Shown: positions 23,476 through 36,207 of the stretch, in pieces
Layout of the letters: the number at the start of each line of letters is the position of its first letter
Numbering within the stretch: position 1 is the stretch's first letter
From: Gonapodya sp. JEL0774
Lineage: Eukaryota
Direction: 5' to 3'
NCBI GenBank assembly: GCA_027604505.1
Contig: JADIIX010000045.1
Span: 62,001-126,000 of the forward strand
Length of the DNA: 64,000 nt
Notes under the pieces: model-generated
What the model was told of the DNA's origin: nothing
The model's input: only the letters and a program-made list of their open reading frames with translations
The model's database searches: none
Translations under genes and position numbers: made by a program

Positions 23476-26400
23476 TCAACGCTTTCGTCTTTTCACAACA
23501 CGCTCTCCTCCGGGGCCAGCCATCTTTTCTTCTTCTTGTCGAAAACGCACTCTTCTTTGCGGCCTACCAGGAGCGGGTGGGGGAGAGGCAGGTGGGGGAG
23601 GAGCAATACGCGGAGCCGGGGGAGGAATTGGAACACCCTGGGCAGCAGGTATGGGTTGCACTGGAAGACCAGCATACGGGAGCCCAGCTTGTGGGGCTTG
23701 TCCAAATGCCCCATAGTTGAACTGGACTTGGGCAGGGGGGTTCATTCCGAACATAAAGTTCTGCAACGCATTGGCGGCCGGCCAGTTATTCAAAAGCAAG
23801 CCCGCGGGCAGTGCTGGAGCAGCAGGAGGTACAGCTTGAATCAGTCTTGCCATAATATTCTCCCGTGCCCGATTCCGATCGTAGGGATACGCAACCGCAG
23901 CATTAGCCACTGGGGCTGGTGCAACTTCAGCATTACGATGAGTCCTCTTCGGAGGAACAACCGGAACATCGACTTTCACGTTGTCAAGATTTACCCCATC
24001 TGTAGCTGCGGCTGCGCGAAGTATTTCACGTTCACGTTGAACAGCGTCGCTGACCTCCTTGGCGTGCCGGTGGTCCGTATCCTCCCACAGTGGACACTTG
24101 CCAGCCTGCGTTTTGTCGTCCGGGTCAAATCGCTGGCCGGGTTGTTGCTGTCACGTTGCATTTTGAAAGTTTCAAATTGTCGTCGATACACTCAGTCAAG
24201 AGCAAACTTACGTTGAAGTGCTTGTACCCTTCTGGAATGAGTTTTCGGCAGACGTAGCAGATAACTATAAAATGGAGAAATTGGAAATGCACTTCACAGT
24301 GTGGAATGTAACAACTGTAACCACAACACCCACGTGCCCGACAATCTGGACACATCATCTTGTTGCAACCATCCTCCTTCATGAATTTGCGCCCATTCTT
24401 GCACTGGGGACACGTCCGAAGAAGTGCTTCAGTCGCAACTTCCTCCACCCGGTGTTGGATGTCAAGTACTAAGTCCTTACGGGCCTCTGAAAGTTTTGCA
24501 GCGGTACTATGATTGGTATGGCGTCTTCCCACTTCTTCATTCCTCACGAGAGCTCACCGTCACACGTTTGAGGAAGATGATTAATTTTGTGACATATTCG
24601 ACACGTGACTGCCATACAACGCTCGTTCTTGCAATGGAACAGCTTTATCACATCTGGTGGAGCAGCGACTGTAGGTAGTTGGAGAGAGTCCACTCGGTAT
24701 CTGTATATCGTGCTTCCAAAATACCTTGCACGAACCTAACTCGCCATACTCAATGCACATAGGACACTTTTCAAGGGTTTCCTGCAAAAGTGGTTTCAAG
24801 TCAAAATTTCATTAAATCGCTTATCGCCAATGGGCGGCTGTGCCCACTCCAATCGCTTGAGGACTCAACACAAGAAACTCACTTCATCTCCGAAAGCGTT
24901 CTCAATCTCTTTTCGTTGGCCTGCATTCACAAGGAATCGTCGGAGATTGTAGACATATAGTCAACAGATCTTCTGGCACTCAGGCACTCACATAGTTTTT
25001 CGTACATCTCCCAAGTTTTCTCGGGCAAAACTCTCTCTAGATCAGCCGCAGATCAAAAGACGAGAGATTGTGATGATCCATGACCACAAACACTATCGTA
25101 CATTGTTATCTTCACTCACGGAGCTCCTGCACCGGAAATATCTCCTTGCAGTCACCCCCCATGGCGATACACTGGATGCGTGGTTGCTCTGATGATCATG
25201 AAAGAAGCCATGATAAAGCGGAAAATACGTTGGCGCACGCGAGCAACTGACCCAATGTTATCCTCTCCCCTGCGGCCCGCTTCACGCAATCTTCGCAAAA
25301 TCCATGACCGCCCTCGCACCAGGCAGCCTTCGCGATCGAAGCGTCACCACAGCAGCACTCGCACTCAAAAGTGGCGGCTGAGTCGGCCACACTTGATTGG
25401 GAGCCAGACGACGAGTGGCCGAGGGATTTACTGGAATCTGGTGCGGATTTCGGTTCTGATACTAGTGCAAATGGGTCCTTACAATCGGAGAACCATAATA
25501 GGAAAGCTGAGAAGAAGGACGCATACGTACGTTTCCATCTCTGCGCCCAATCCCGTTCTGCTTTGAGACGGCCCTGAACTCTGGGTTGGCGATGGTGCGA
25601 CATAGAGGGGCTGCCAGCATCTTGACTCAAGTCCGATGGAGCCCCGCAAAGCTTCCACAAGCACACAAACGCTGGTCCGTATTGGCCCGAATAAGTGGCC
25701 AGTCTCGAGGAAATAATATCCCGCGACGCGTGAGGGAATTCGCTCTGAAGAAGCAAAAGGCTAAATCCAGGTACAAAATGGAAAGAGGATCTAACAGGTA
25801 AGTTACTACAAGCGCCTCGCACCTATCTCTCTTGTACGCCTTCGAGGGCCTAAACGTCGGGTCCACGTTATCGTATCCCTTCTCGGGCACTTTTTTATCC
25901 TCTTCTTGTTTCAGTACTCCTCCCTCCACGTAGTCATCCCCTCTTTTGGGATACTTGCCCTTCTTATCCAAGATTTCTTCCGTTGCTGCATCGGCGTCAT
26001 CTCCGTTCTTGGACAGAACGGAAGCTGGTGGAGATTTGGAAGTGTGTCGGAGAGATTGCATGTAGAGAATGGCCGAGAAGACGCAAGAATAGTACCCACA
26101 AAAGCACCAAGTTGGGCAAATGAGCAGGTTGATTTGAGATCAAGTAGACAGAACCCACCGAGGTAGGAAGGGTGAGCATCGGGAAACATCAAAGAAAGTG
26201 CCGCCAAGTTCAATGCAGCCGGGTCGAGCACAGGACTTGCTGGCCGTGGGGGTGCCGCCAGCGGTTGCAGAAGTGGAAGTGCCGCAGGTGGTGTTGGAAG
26301 TAAGGGTGCCGGAGGTGGGATGGGTAGTCGTGACGGAGGGTTTACGGATCTTGGATCTCCTCTGTAGCCAAGGTGAGCGACCTTAGCTTCCACTTGGGGC

Positions 26401-26975
26401 TCATTCTTGACATTCGCTTGCAGATTTAGTGTTCCTCGACGATGAACGATTTGCTCGTCTTCATCCGAGCTCGGTTCCACTACAACTACTCGACTAGCCG
26501 GACGTCGTGGCGGGGGTGTCCGAACGTCATCACGTCGGGCTCTTTTTAGTTGTGGCTCCTCGTCTTCGTCGTCGGAATCAACTATAAATGATTGGGCACC
26601 CCTCTTTCTAATCAAGTTATCCGGTAAAGCAGACGGCACTGCTGCTGCAGGACGTAAGGCAGAATGTAAATCAGGGTGGTACTGAGGTGCTTGCTGGAGT
26701 TTCGCCCGGAGAACACGAAGCTTCAACGACTCGTGGGAGTTGTCCGCGGGCCCACGTTGGTCTCCAAGACGGGGAGGGGGAGAACGATTGCGCTCATTGA
26801 ACGCAAACACACCCTCATTGTCCCCCTCCAGACTCCCGTAGCCATCATCCTCTGAGTCTTCGTCCAGTGCTCTCTGAATGAGATCGTCAACGTCTGCTGT
26901 TGAAGCACGAGCTTGAGACCCCAATGCGAGTTCCGCGTTTGAGTCATCACATAAAATGTCAACACATTGCTCCAT
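23476..26975 (-). CDS. RBR (RING-IBR-RING) E3 ubiquitin ligase, RNF216/TRIAD3-like, with CUE-like domain
   Basis: CUE-like segment LMFPDAHPSYL/ASVLSKNGDDADAATEEIL. RING1 FECECCC...CEGGHGFCEDC. HRVEEVATEALLRTCPQC...FMKEDGCNKMMCPDC..ICYVCRKLI..YKHF and CPLWED. Pro-rich tail ends at 23476. Start is tentative. Confidence 0.88.
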
Positions 26976-27536
26976 ATCGCCCTTCGTCTGAGATGATGGC
27001 AGGGGAAAGACGAAGGGGAATGTCGAGTTACTCCGGGGCAAAAATTAGTTCAAAGGAGAGAAAATTGAGACCGCGACTCCAGTGAAACCCGCAGAAAAGC
27101 TTAAATGTAACGATTTCCCGGTACTTTCAGAGCTACTGAACGGCGTCATATCATCGCAGCCAACCAGTCCGTGGGGCAGGGCGTTCTAGCGAGTTGGACT
27201 TACCATTACAAGGAGCCTTTCAATGATGTTCCTCCGTGCAGCAGGAAACATTTGTTCCAGTTGAATTCTGGCTTCGCGGTGTACGGTATCATCCTGGCTG
27301 CTCTGGGGACCCAGAACAGCAGCCATTGGCGCCAAAGGTGTGTAGCCAAGTGTTGGTGTGCCAATGGTGTGATTTCGAAAGTATTCGCAGATGAGGGCGG
27401 ACGAGCGAGCGGAAATGTTGACTGACTTCTGACAGGGTTACTAATCTTCGCACTACTGGCCGGTGCACTTTTGCGAGAATGTACCTGCAACACCTGATCG
27501 CCAAATCGCAAAAGTGATAAATATCATACAATCGCA

Positions 27537-30068
27537 ATGTCAGAGAAAGACGGTCAAGAAATCTCTCGCAGTCCCTCTGTGTTTGATGTGAGCGAGAGGA
27601 AAGCACCCAACACTCAAACACCTCTCATGAACGCTCTGGCAAATGGGAATATACCCCTTCCGAGCGCAAATACGACCACTGCATCATTGGCCGAATGTGC
27701 GACTAACGCACCAAGCACCACCGTTCGAAAGCAAAGAATCTGGACAGCAAGTCTTGGTATGATTATTGGCATGCAAACGGCCTTTGCGTGAGTCATGCGT
27801 TACTTCGATCAAGAACTACAAACTCACTAATCTTACGTACAAAGGGTTGCAATAACCATGACTGTCATTTTGGTACTTATGGATCGGAGTGCGAATTCGA
27901 ACATTAAAGCTCAATATGATTTTGGTGAGAGTGATTGCATTGCATTTCTTCTCTCTCGTCCAAACTGATTTTACACTGATTTACGTATATGAAGCTACCG
28001 CGTCCATCAACAAATTAACACAAGGTTTGCAGAAAGTGGAGACTCAAGTGTATCTCAATGCGTTGGATGATCTCCTGACAGTGGTAACTACTCGCGCTGA
28101 GAGTTGACGTCAAAGGTTCACTCATGTGATTCCTCCCGTGCATAGTCCTCGGAGAGAGCAGTAACAATAGTTACTCAATTACAGTCATTAAGCACTTTTC
28201 TGGGAATAAGCATAAGCACTCCAACTCCCGCTGCGATTCGGTTGATGCTTGACCATGTGACGAGTCAAGCGACTGCGAACACTGGTGTGGTTTCGCTGAT
28301 GGCGTTCTTTACAAACAGAGGAACAGGATGGGGAGTTGAGTTGGGTGACTTCAGTCAGTTTATGAGCATTTGTCATGCCTAGCTTCTGCTGAACCACGCA
28401 ATTCAAGATGGAGACCCCGACAACAAGACCTGGCATTACGTTTATTTGACAGTCTCGAACCTCAACTGCACAAACCTTTGTCCAATGCAGAACACAGGTG
28501 GAAATCTGACACACTGGAAATTTAATGATACGACGAATCAGTTCTCGCTTGCGCCAGGTGTGCTACTCGAGGTTAGTTGATTCCACGTTTACATTTGCTC
28601 AGATCCTTCTCAATTATTGGGGTCCACAGGAAGGCTTTGTGAATCAGAATGTTTACACAGCAAACGCTGAGCGCGCTCTCTCACTCAGTAGCACGAACCC
28701 CTACTTGTTTACTGCACCGTATGTTAGAACACGCGGGTATCTTCAAGTACCAGACCAAGTCCAGAGTCTCGTCTTGCGCATTGGGGACCCACTGAATACG
28801 ACAGACACAGCGGGTTATCTGATTCTAACATTTCAGACAAAGGCAATTGGAAATGCAATGAGTTCTCTTAAATCATTTTTGGAAGGTGAATTGCTTGTCA
28901 TTTGAATCTGTTGTCATCATTGATCGCTTTTCTCTGAACGGAAAAAGGGAGCGGCTTTTACTACATTATGACAACGACTGGAGTCGTTGTAGCACTGGAT
29001 ATCACGGGTTGGACCCAAAATGTATGTTGTTTGCCTCTTTGTAGTGAAGCACGTCTTGTTTTCTTCATTCTGATTGATTCTTGCATTGTCTTAGACCTTT
29101 GTCAACTCGTCTGACTATAGCATGATCACGTACAAGGATTTGCCGACACAGTTTGACTACCTTCAAGACTCGGTCACTCAGATCTTCAACTATACTACTG
29201 ATGGAGTCAACTTAGCCACTCTCCCGAAGGAAAAACTTTGGATGAACAGAGATGGTGAGGATGATTGTGCTCCAAAACATGTTTCACCCGTGTTGTCTCA
29301 GTTGCTAACCCTTCATAATCTACTCAGGGGATTTTCTTCACTTTGCAACAAAGCAACTGGGAAACTTTACCTGGATATTTGTCGCAGGAGCCGAATCGGA
29401 AACGTACCTTGGCGATATTACTACAAACCAAGATAAGCTTGTAGGAAGACTTGTCGAGGCTTTTCGCAATGCTTGCGGTATAGGTAAGGTTGAAGGGAAT
29501 CAATTCCGTGTAACTCGTGAAACTGAACACCGAACAGCTGTTGGAATCAGTGTTTTACTTTTGGCACTGCCAATCATATTCACCCATTACATGGTATCAT
29601 TGCCAGTGAATCAAATGATCACCGTGATGCGTGAAGCTTCAAAATTTAATTTTAATGCTTTGAGGTAAGTTCTCTTCTAATGCACCTCTAACTTTATTGG
29701 GCTTCCTTACAAATCGCGCACACATACACAGGGACAATACCTTGAAGAATGGCCGCTCATTTGTTAGAGAGGTTTTTGACACACAAGTAAGTTTGATGAT
29801 TGGTCGTGACTATGTGCAAGTGTAATCACCTAGGACTACTTTCACCGAGGTTATGTTTTTGGCGATGTTGCGAGCATTCGCAGATCAACTCAAAGAGAAT
29901 AGAAGACTGATGAACTCAGGTGTCAACTTACTTGGTGGTCAGCGAAAAGCTGGCGAGAGGAAGCCAGAGGTGGGTATGACCACTACCCAAAGGGGAACAA
30001 TGAGTGTCGCCATCACTGAAGGAAAGCAGATCATCGGTCCTCTTGAGAGCTCTGGGGGTATTCATTAA
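27537..30068 (+). CDS. Two-TM membrane protein with large extracellular (Cache-like) region and C-terminal HAMP-like segment, no catalytic domain
   Basis: TM1 IWTASLGMIIGMQTAFA/VAITMTVILVLM. Extracellular exons include LFTAPY, GYLILTF, GFYYIMTTTGVVVA and NFTWIFVAGAESETYLGDI. TM2 AVGISVLLLALPIIFTHYMV, then SLPVNQMITVMREASKFNF..SFVREV..TQVMFLAMLRAF. Stop at 30068. Some middle exon boundaries are uncertain. Confidence 0.7.
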
Positions 30069-30089
30069 TTATCACTGGAGTATTCACAT

Positions 30090-33000
30090 TCAAATTGTAT
30101 CATCATCTACCCAATCATTATCGCTACCACCCGGAGTCATGTCTCTTGTAAGGTTATCTCGTGATTCAGCACTGGACGCCGACACGCTGATGCTTGTTCG
30201 TCCGCTACGTGATCGACTCCCCGCCTCTGGCAAACTAGCGGAGTTGATCACGGTCTGAAGATCATTTGATCTTTCAGAAGTCACGTCGAGTGACTGTATA
30301 AGGGATCGTGGTTCTGCCTCTAAGTTATGTAAACGCCGTCCAACAAGGAACTGCTCGTCACGAACTCTTTCAATCCAGCTTCTACCCAACTTAAGTATTC
30401 CGTCCACTGCCTCCGCTGAGAGGCCAAAAACCAACACACCCGGGAACACATAACGAAGTACCAGCTGCTCTAAGATCATCACGTCCATGTTGTGTCCATC
30501 TGAACGATGTTCCATCGAATTGGTACGACGATAAACCCACACTGCAAACCACGTTGCCATCTCTCCGATTACGGTGGGGGCACAAATCAACACCAGACAC
30601 GTGGCGGTGATAGGAAACAAGACGTTCTTCACGAATCGAGCTAAGTCGAAGGCATAGAATCCTGCATCACGTGCTTCTTTGACCGATCGCGCTAATGGTG
30701 TTTCCGGCCCAACCAATAGCAGTGAGTAAAAGATCTTGAGATAAACGACTCCCAAGGCATAATCCTGCATCACAAAGTTGACGGGCGTCTGATCACGAGG
30801 AGATCGCAAGGGCGTGATGATGTCTTCCATTACCAAAAGCAAGAAAACAGTTGTTCGGAGTTACGTTGACCGCGAATCAAAGAATATCACAGGCATGTAT
30901 ACGCACAGAGTTCAAAAATTATTCCAACCATCAACGGAATGATGATCCCTACAAAAGCGGCCAACACGGTTGCTTTTGCAGTCTATAATTCGTACAATTT
31001 GATGTATGATGTCTCTGATAGATACAGAAACGGCAAATGGTAAAAGCACTCACCACCCCAATAAAACTTGATATCCGCTCTCGCCAGATTCCTCGCTCTA
31101 CCTCTCTCAAACGAAACCAGATAACCCGCCGCCGTGCTCGAACACCGGCCCCCATCCCCAGTGCCCATGTCTGGCGCGAAAGCCAGCCAAGATAGACGCG
31201 TGGATTTATAGGCCCAAGACGGCCTATCCACGTACGGCGTTTGCGAGAATGTCCTTCCACTCCGCCATTAGCTTGTTCCCCTTCTTCTGCTGTGGGCTCG
31301 ACATCCACGAACGACCGACCCTTACGATGTCGCCGGACCCGTTGTCCCGCGGAAACAAAAGGCTGATACCACGTCCGGGCGAGCGTCGACGATCCTGTTG
31401 GCGCAGTTCTTCGGCGGCGTACCCTAAACAGGGATCTGCAGGCTTTCCCAAATTTCCTGAATGGTTTGGTCACGAATCGGCCCAGACGATCAAGCCATTT
31501 GCTATTTCTGGAGTAGAACACGCGAAAAGACCCCAGAATAACCAGCAAACAAAACATCCCCACGGCAATGGAGTAAACATCATGGACCGGTAAGTCAGGT
31601 CGGACACCACCATGGGAAGGGACAACTGGTGTCGCTTCCACGATTCTGGTAGATTGATCCTCGTTGGATGAGCTGTTAGGGCCCCGCGCTAAGACGAGCG
31701 TCGTGATTGCGTTGCGGTGTGAAGCGAAATCGACAATTAGGTCCAAACGCTTGAATATCGCCCGACCAGTCGTCACTGCAGAGGAGACAAAGTAAATTTT
31801 GATCACCACATTCCTGACTTGCGAAGACTCACGCGGCAAGTTTATTAAAAGCCCAAGGAATGTCACGGCCGATAGCCATTGCCAAATGAGAAGAAGGTAA
31901 ATCTGGAATACAAAGAAGCACTTTGCTGTAAAATGCGCCTCGGTCGGCAAAACTTTTCCTAGACTCACCCTAAACTTAAAGGCTGCTGGCACGTAAACCA
32001 AACACCAATTCGCTGCAGTCTCCTCAGGCGTTTCTGTATCCCTACCACGCAGTGGTTCTCCCTCCCTCCAAGGAACTAGCATCCTCTGACCTCGAATGAC
32101 CTCAACGTAATCTCGATTCGGCACTCGCATGTAGCGAAACTCTCGTCGACGCGGTACCGTTCCAGCGGCAAGGAGCTCGTGTGGTGTGGTTTGCGTAGAA
32201 GTGGCATCCGATGAATTTGTCGCCACAGGTTCCTCCTCAGAGGACTGGACACCATTGCTCTGCTCCTCGTTTACCTTGTCGACGACGTCTGTTGCATCGT
32301 TTCCTTCCGCAGGTGCTTCATCCTCCAGTTCTTCAACTTCATCAATAGTAGCTTCCTCTTCCCCGTCTGATTCTTCGTCCGGGTGCGTTCCACCGAACAG
32401 AAAACTCGTCAAACGCAGCCGCTTGGCAGTCCATTCGAACCATTTGCGCAGTGCCAAATCGAACCAGTACCGTGGCTGAGTTATGCGAAGCATCGCAGGG
32501 AATAGGAGGTGAAAGGTGAGGAGCTCGATGGGGAACTCCGAGATTGTTTCACTGAGCTCCCACTTGAGTGGCCACATTCTCCAAGGCCCGTCTCCAAACT
32601 TTTCAACGAATACCCTGTCGAGCCATCTAGTTCCATACACGTAACCGCCTACCCCCCCAATCACCATGACGGAGTACATGAAAGCGCTCACAGCCAGTTT
32701 CCTGAGCTGAACAATAACTGGACGTTCCACGATATCCATCATGGGATGGAAGTGGGGGTCGTTGGGGTCTCGAATGAACCACATGACACCATCTCGGACA
32801 ATCTCCTTGACTGTTCCAACATAGAGTGCAAACTGGAACATATAAGTAGTCCCAGCGAGCCAGTGTAGAAAAGAGGAGGTCCAAGGGTGGGCGAAGTGAA
32901 ATGTGAGGCGAGAGGAAACGGTGGCGGCTACGCCGAAAATGGGGAGCGTGCACACATCGATGAGGACACCACACATGAGAGGGAATATCACGAGCTCGAT

Positions 33001-35823
33001 AAAAATAAACACCGTGACCTATCGTTCAAATGTGTGAGAACATCGAGAGCAAATGCCGCATCCCTCAACAAAGCTCACTTTTATCGACACAGCCAGATAC
33101 TTCGCCGACCTGCCCACCAATCTCCTTGCTGTTCTTGCATAAGGATGTGCAAAGGCTCCCGTTTGCCACCCGTAGTACGCCCCAAATACCAAGAGCACCG
33201 CGTACCCTAAGGCAGCATGTCGAAGTTTATCCTCGGTCGTCCAAGGGTCTCTGACCTCATCAGAGCTCGAAAAGATCTGAGGACCAAAAGCACTAGAGAG
33301 CTCAGTCTGGTTCACAGATGTGAGGCTGGCAGTGGACACTTCAGAGAGTGTCGCATTCATGGTAGCATTGCTGGCGGCGAGTGCGGCACCATCAGCCCAG
33401 CGAGAAACGGGAACAGCCAAGGTCTTGACGTTCACAAGCAGTGCCTCCACTGCAGGTCGGAGCACTTCGTCCGTACGCTGAGCTACCAAGTTCATCACTG
33501 TGATCGCTCGCCGAACAAAAGGATTGGTGGCCACATTCCCCCACAGAACTTCCAGGGATGATCCTGTCTGCTCTTTCGCGACACGCCATACTGCACTCGC
33601 ACCATCCACCAGCCCGGCGTTGTCCAGAAAGTGGTACGTATATCGCGACCACTTCCCTCCCGCTTTCCACACCTCACGCAGTCCCCTTGCTCCAACCGCC
33701 CTGACAGGCCCCATGAGGAGATACCCCACGAAATATGTCACTCTCCCAACCGAGAAAGGCCACCAAACGCCGCCTCCAACGACGGCAGCGACAACAGCGA
33801 GCACAACTGTGGCGTTTTGGAGCAGCATCGAGATGGGTCCGCGAACTCCCAAAAGGTCGAGGAGGGCCAAGGGTTCGGGAGGTTCCTCTGCGGGCACGGG
33901 TGGGAGCACAGGAAGTTGGAGTTCAGGGTTGGGAACTGGAATAGGTTGTGGTTGCAGACGGATGTTGATCGGAGCGACCACAGGAGTGGGGATGGGTGCA
34001 GCAGGGGTGGGGCTGGGGTTCGCATATGCTGGTGGCGTGGGTTGAACAAAGAGGTGGTTGCTCTCCTGCGAACTCGCATTGTCCAAGCGTGATCGCTCAG
34101 GTGACACATCGCCACGCGCCTTGCCCTTATTCCGCGCAATATTTGAGCCAGCGTTCGACAGGTCTCCGTCCGATACGGACACGGGGGACATCTCCACAGA
34201 CTCTGGCCCTGTTTCGGCGTTCTCGGCCACCCGAGCTGGTCCCTTGCCCTTGCCCGAGTACGAGGGAGCGTAGTCCACATCCCTGTCCAAGTCCGGGACA
34301 GCCGAGGCAAGGTGGTTTTCCAAAGGCACGCTCTGTGTCGGGTCACCCACACCGTTATGTCGAGGTCCGTCCAAGCCTCGCCCCCCCTCCAGATCCGGAA
34401 TCCCTTCTGGCACTCTCCGGTCCACCCATTGTCCATTGTCGTGTCCTTCCAGGTCGGCTTCGTTCGGGCCCACCATCGGTCCTCCCACCATCCCACCCGC
34501 AGGCACCCCTGCACCCCTAACCACCCCATCCCCAACCTGCACTTGCATATCACGAGCATCCACATCCGCATTTTCCGCACCCGTGTTGACGACGACGTAT
34601 TCCTTGAGGATCAAGAGGAGGACGCCGGTGGCCAGAGAGATCATGGCGACCAGGTGACCGAGGAGGAGGGACGGGAACAGGGGGGGAAGCTGCGTTGGGG
34701 GGGATTCACGAGAGTAGGCAGATCAGTGAAGAACTCCAGAATGCACATGAAAGGGCTTCCCCCTGGTTTTGGTCGGGCAGGCAGGCATCAGGATCCCCGT
34801 TCGAGGGCAATCCCGCTTCCAGTTTCACTCGTCGCAGACATACCTTGCCCCATGCTCCGTCCACTCCCACGACCCATTCTGCCCACGCCTCCAGAATTCC
34901 TCTTGGGTCCCAATACGCTTTCCAAATTTGCGCGCTTGCATATGGTACTGCGACGAGCCAAACGCCGACGGCCAGCGGGACGCGAATCCAAGGGTTCTCG
35001 GGGTGGAAGGTACTGCGAAGGAGGTGGGAAATGAGATGGCGGGGAGTGATGGTGGGGGTTTCGGGAGTCGCGTAGACTGGGAGAAGAGGGTAGAAATGGA
35101 TGTGAAATCGTGAACCCAAAGCATCAAGCTCGCTTAAGGGGGCTTGCTCAGATATCATGGTACGTTGAATTTCAAGACACAGAGTCGGAGATGACTATGC
35201 GTTTGCTTCTTGCTGACACACCACGGGAGGATGAGCGACAACTCGGGAGTCGACACTCACCTGGGGAGAAGTTGAACGTGTGTCCACAAATCTCACAATT
35301 CTTCTTTCCAGAATGTGAGAGCCACTCTTCAAGACTGGGTTTTGTTGTGTACAAGGGCGATGGTTGTCGTGAGCTGGCGCCGGAAGTTGGACGAAACAAT
35401 GGAACCACGAAACCACTCACCACTCCTGATGGACGTATCTCATGCTCCCCTGTATATCAAAGCCACAGACATGCGCACCAGCGGAGATGAAGCGACGATA
35501 GCTCGAGTCAGTTTGATACCCGCTGGTGTGCTCTTTTTCCACAAACTAACTTACGGAACATTTGCACGGATGGAAGAGCGGCGACTCCTCCGCCCCAGCC
35601 CGGCACACGCGGCAAAACTCCTCTTCTGTAAATCACGCAAAAACAAAGGAGTGAGATTGCCGTGCAGGAAGTTCCGATCTTGGCATGTCCGAGGTCGCTG
35701 GCGATCAAATGGATGCCCATCCCTCGGTTTCCAGCTTCCGTGAACACGCTACTGCCGCTGTCCGTTGCTTCATTTATCTCCATGTTTATTCTCACCGTCT
35801 TCATCGTGATGCACCGTTCCCAT
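30090..35823 (-). CDS. DOA10: ERAD E3 ubiquitin ligase Doa10/SSM4/MARCH6
   Basis: RING-CH EEFCRVCRAGAEESPLFHPCKCS...LEEWLSHSGKKNCEICGHTF. TD domain IELVIFPLMCGVLIDVCTLP, HWLAGTTYM, WFIRDPNDPHFHP. C-terminal element VRDEQFLVGRRLHN. The first exon (MGTVHHDED, ATG 35823) splices in frame. Confidence 0.93.
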
Positions 35824-36207
35824 GTCGTCAACTGGGATGATCCATCCAAAATGCCTCACCCCTTCGGCCCATCAATGCCCCTTGCACCACCAGCCGCCCC
35901 CCTACTTCCCCCCTCCCCCCTCCCGCCCGCAACACAACGACCCCGAGTATTTCCTGAAGTTTAGTGAAAGCATTGCGGAGGAGTAAGTATCAAGGTACTC
36001 AGCAGCATCACATAACATATTGCAGTGAGTGATTCACTTGGGCGACGTTGCGGCGTCTCCTGAAAGATCTGGCAGGAACAATAATGTATTCCGCAAGAGC
36101 GTCATTTAGAAATGCATATATATTCAAGAGTACAATAATAATAATATTGTTGGTCAGACCGCGGACCCGTTCACACAAACACTGCGTTCTAGTCTGCCAT
36201 TGCCACC

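Noticed and set aside
25911..26160. Apparent frameshift or pseudogene in the RBR ligase, and similar breaks in other genes
   Set aside because: Resolved by ordinary GT-AG introns, e.g. GTGGGT..CACCAG restoring the CUE-like domain.
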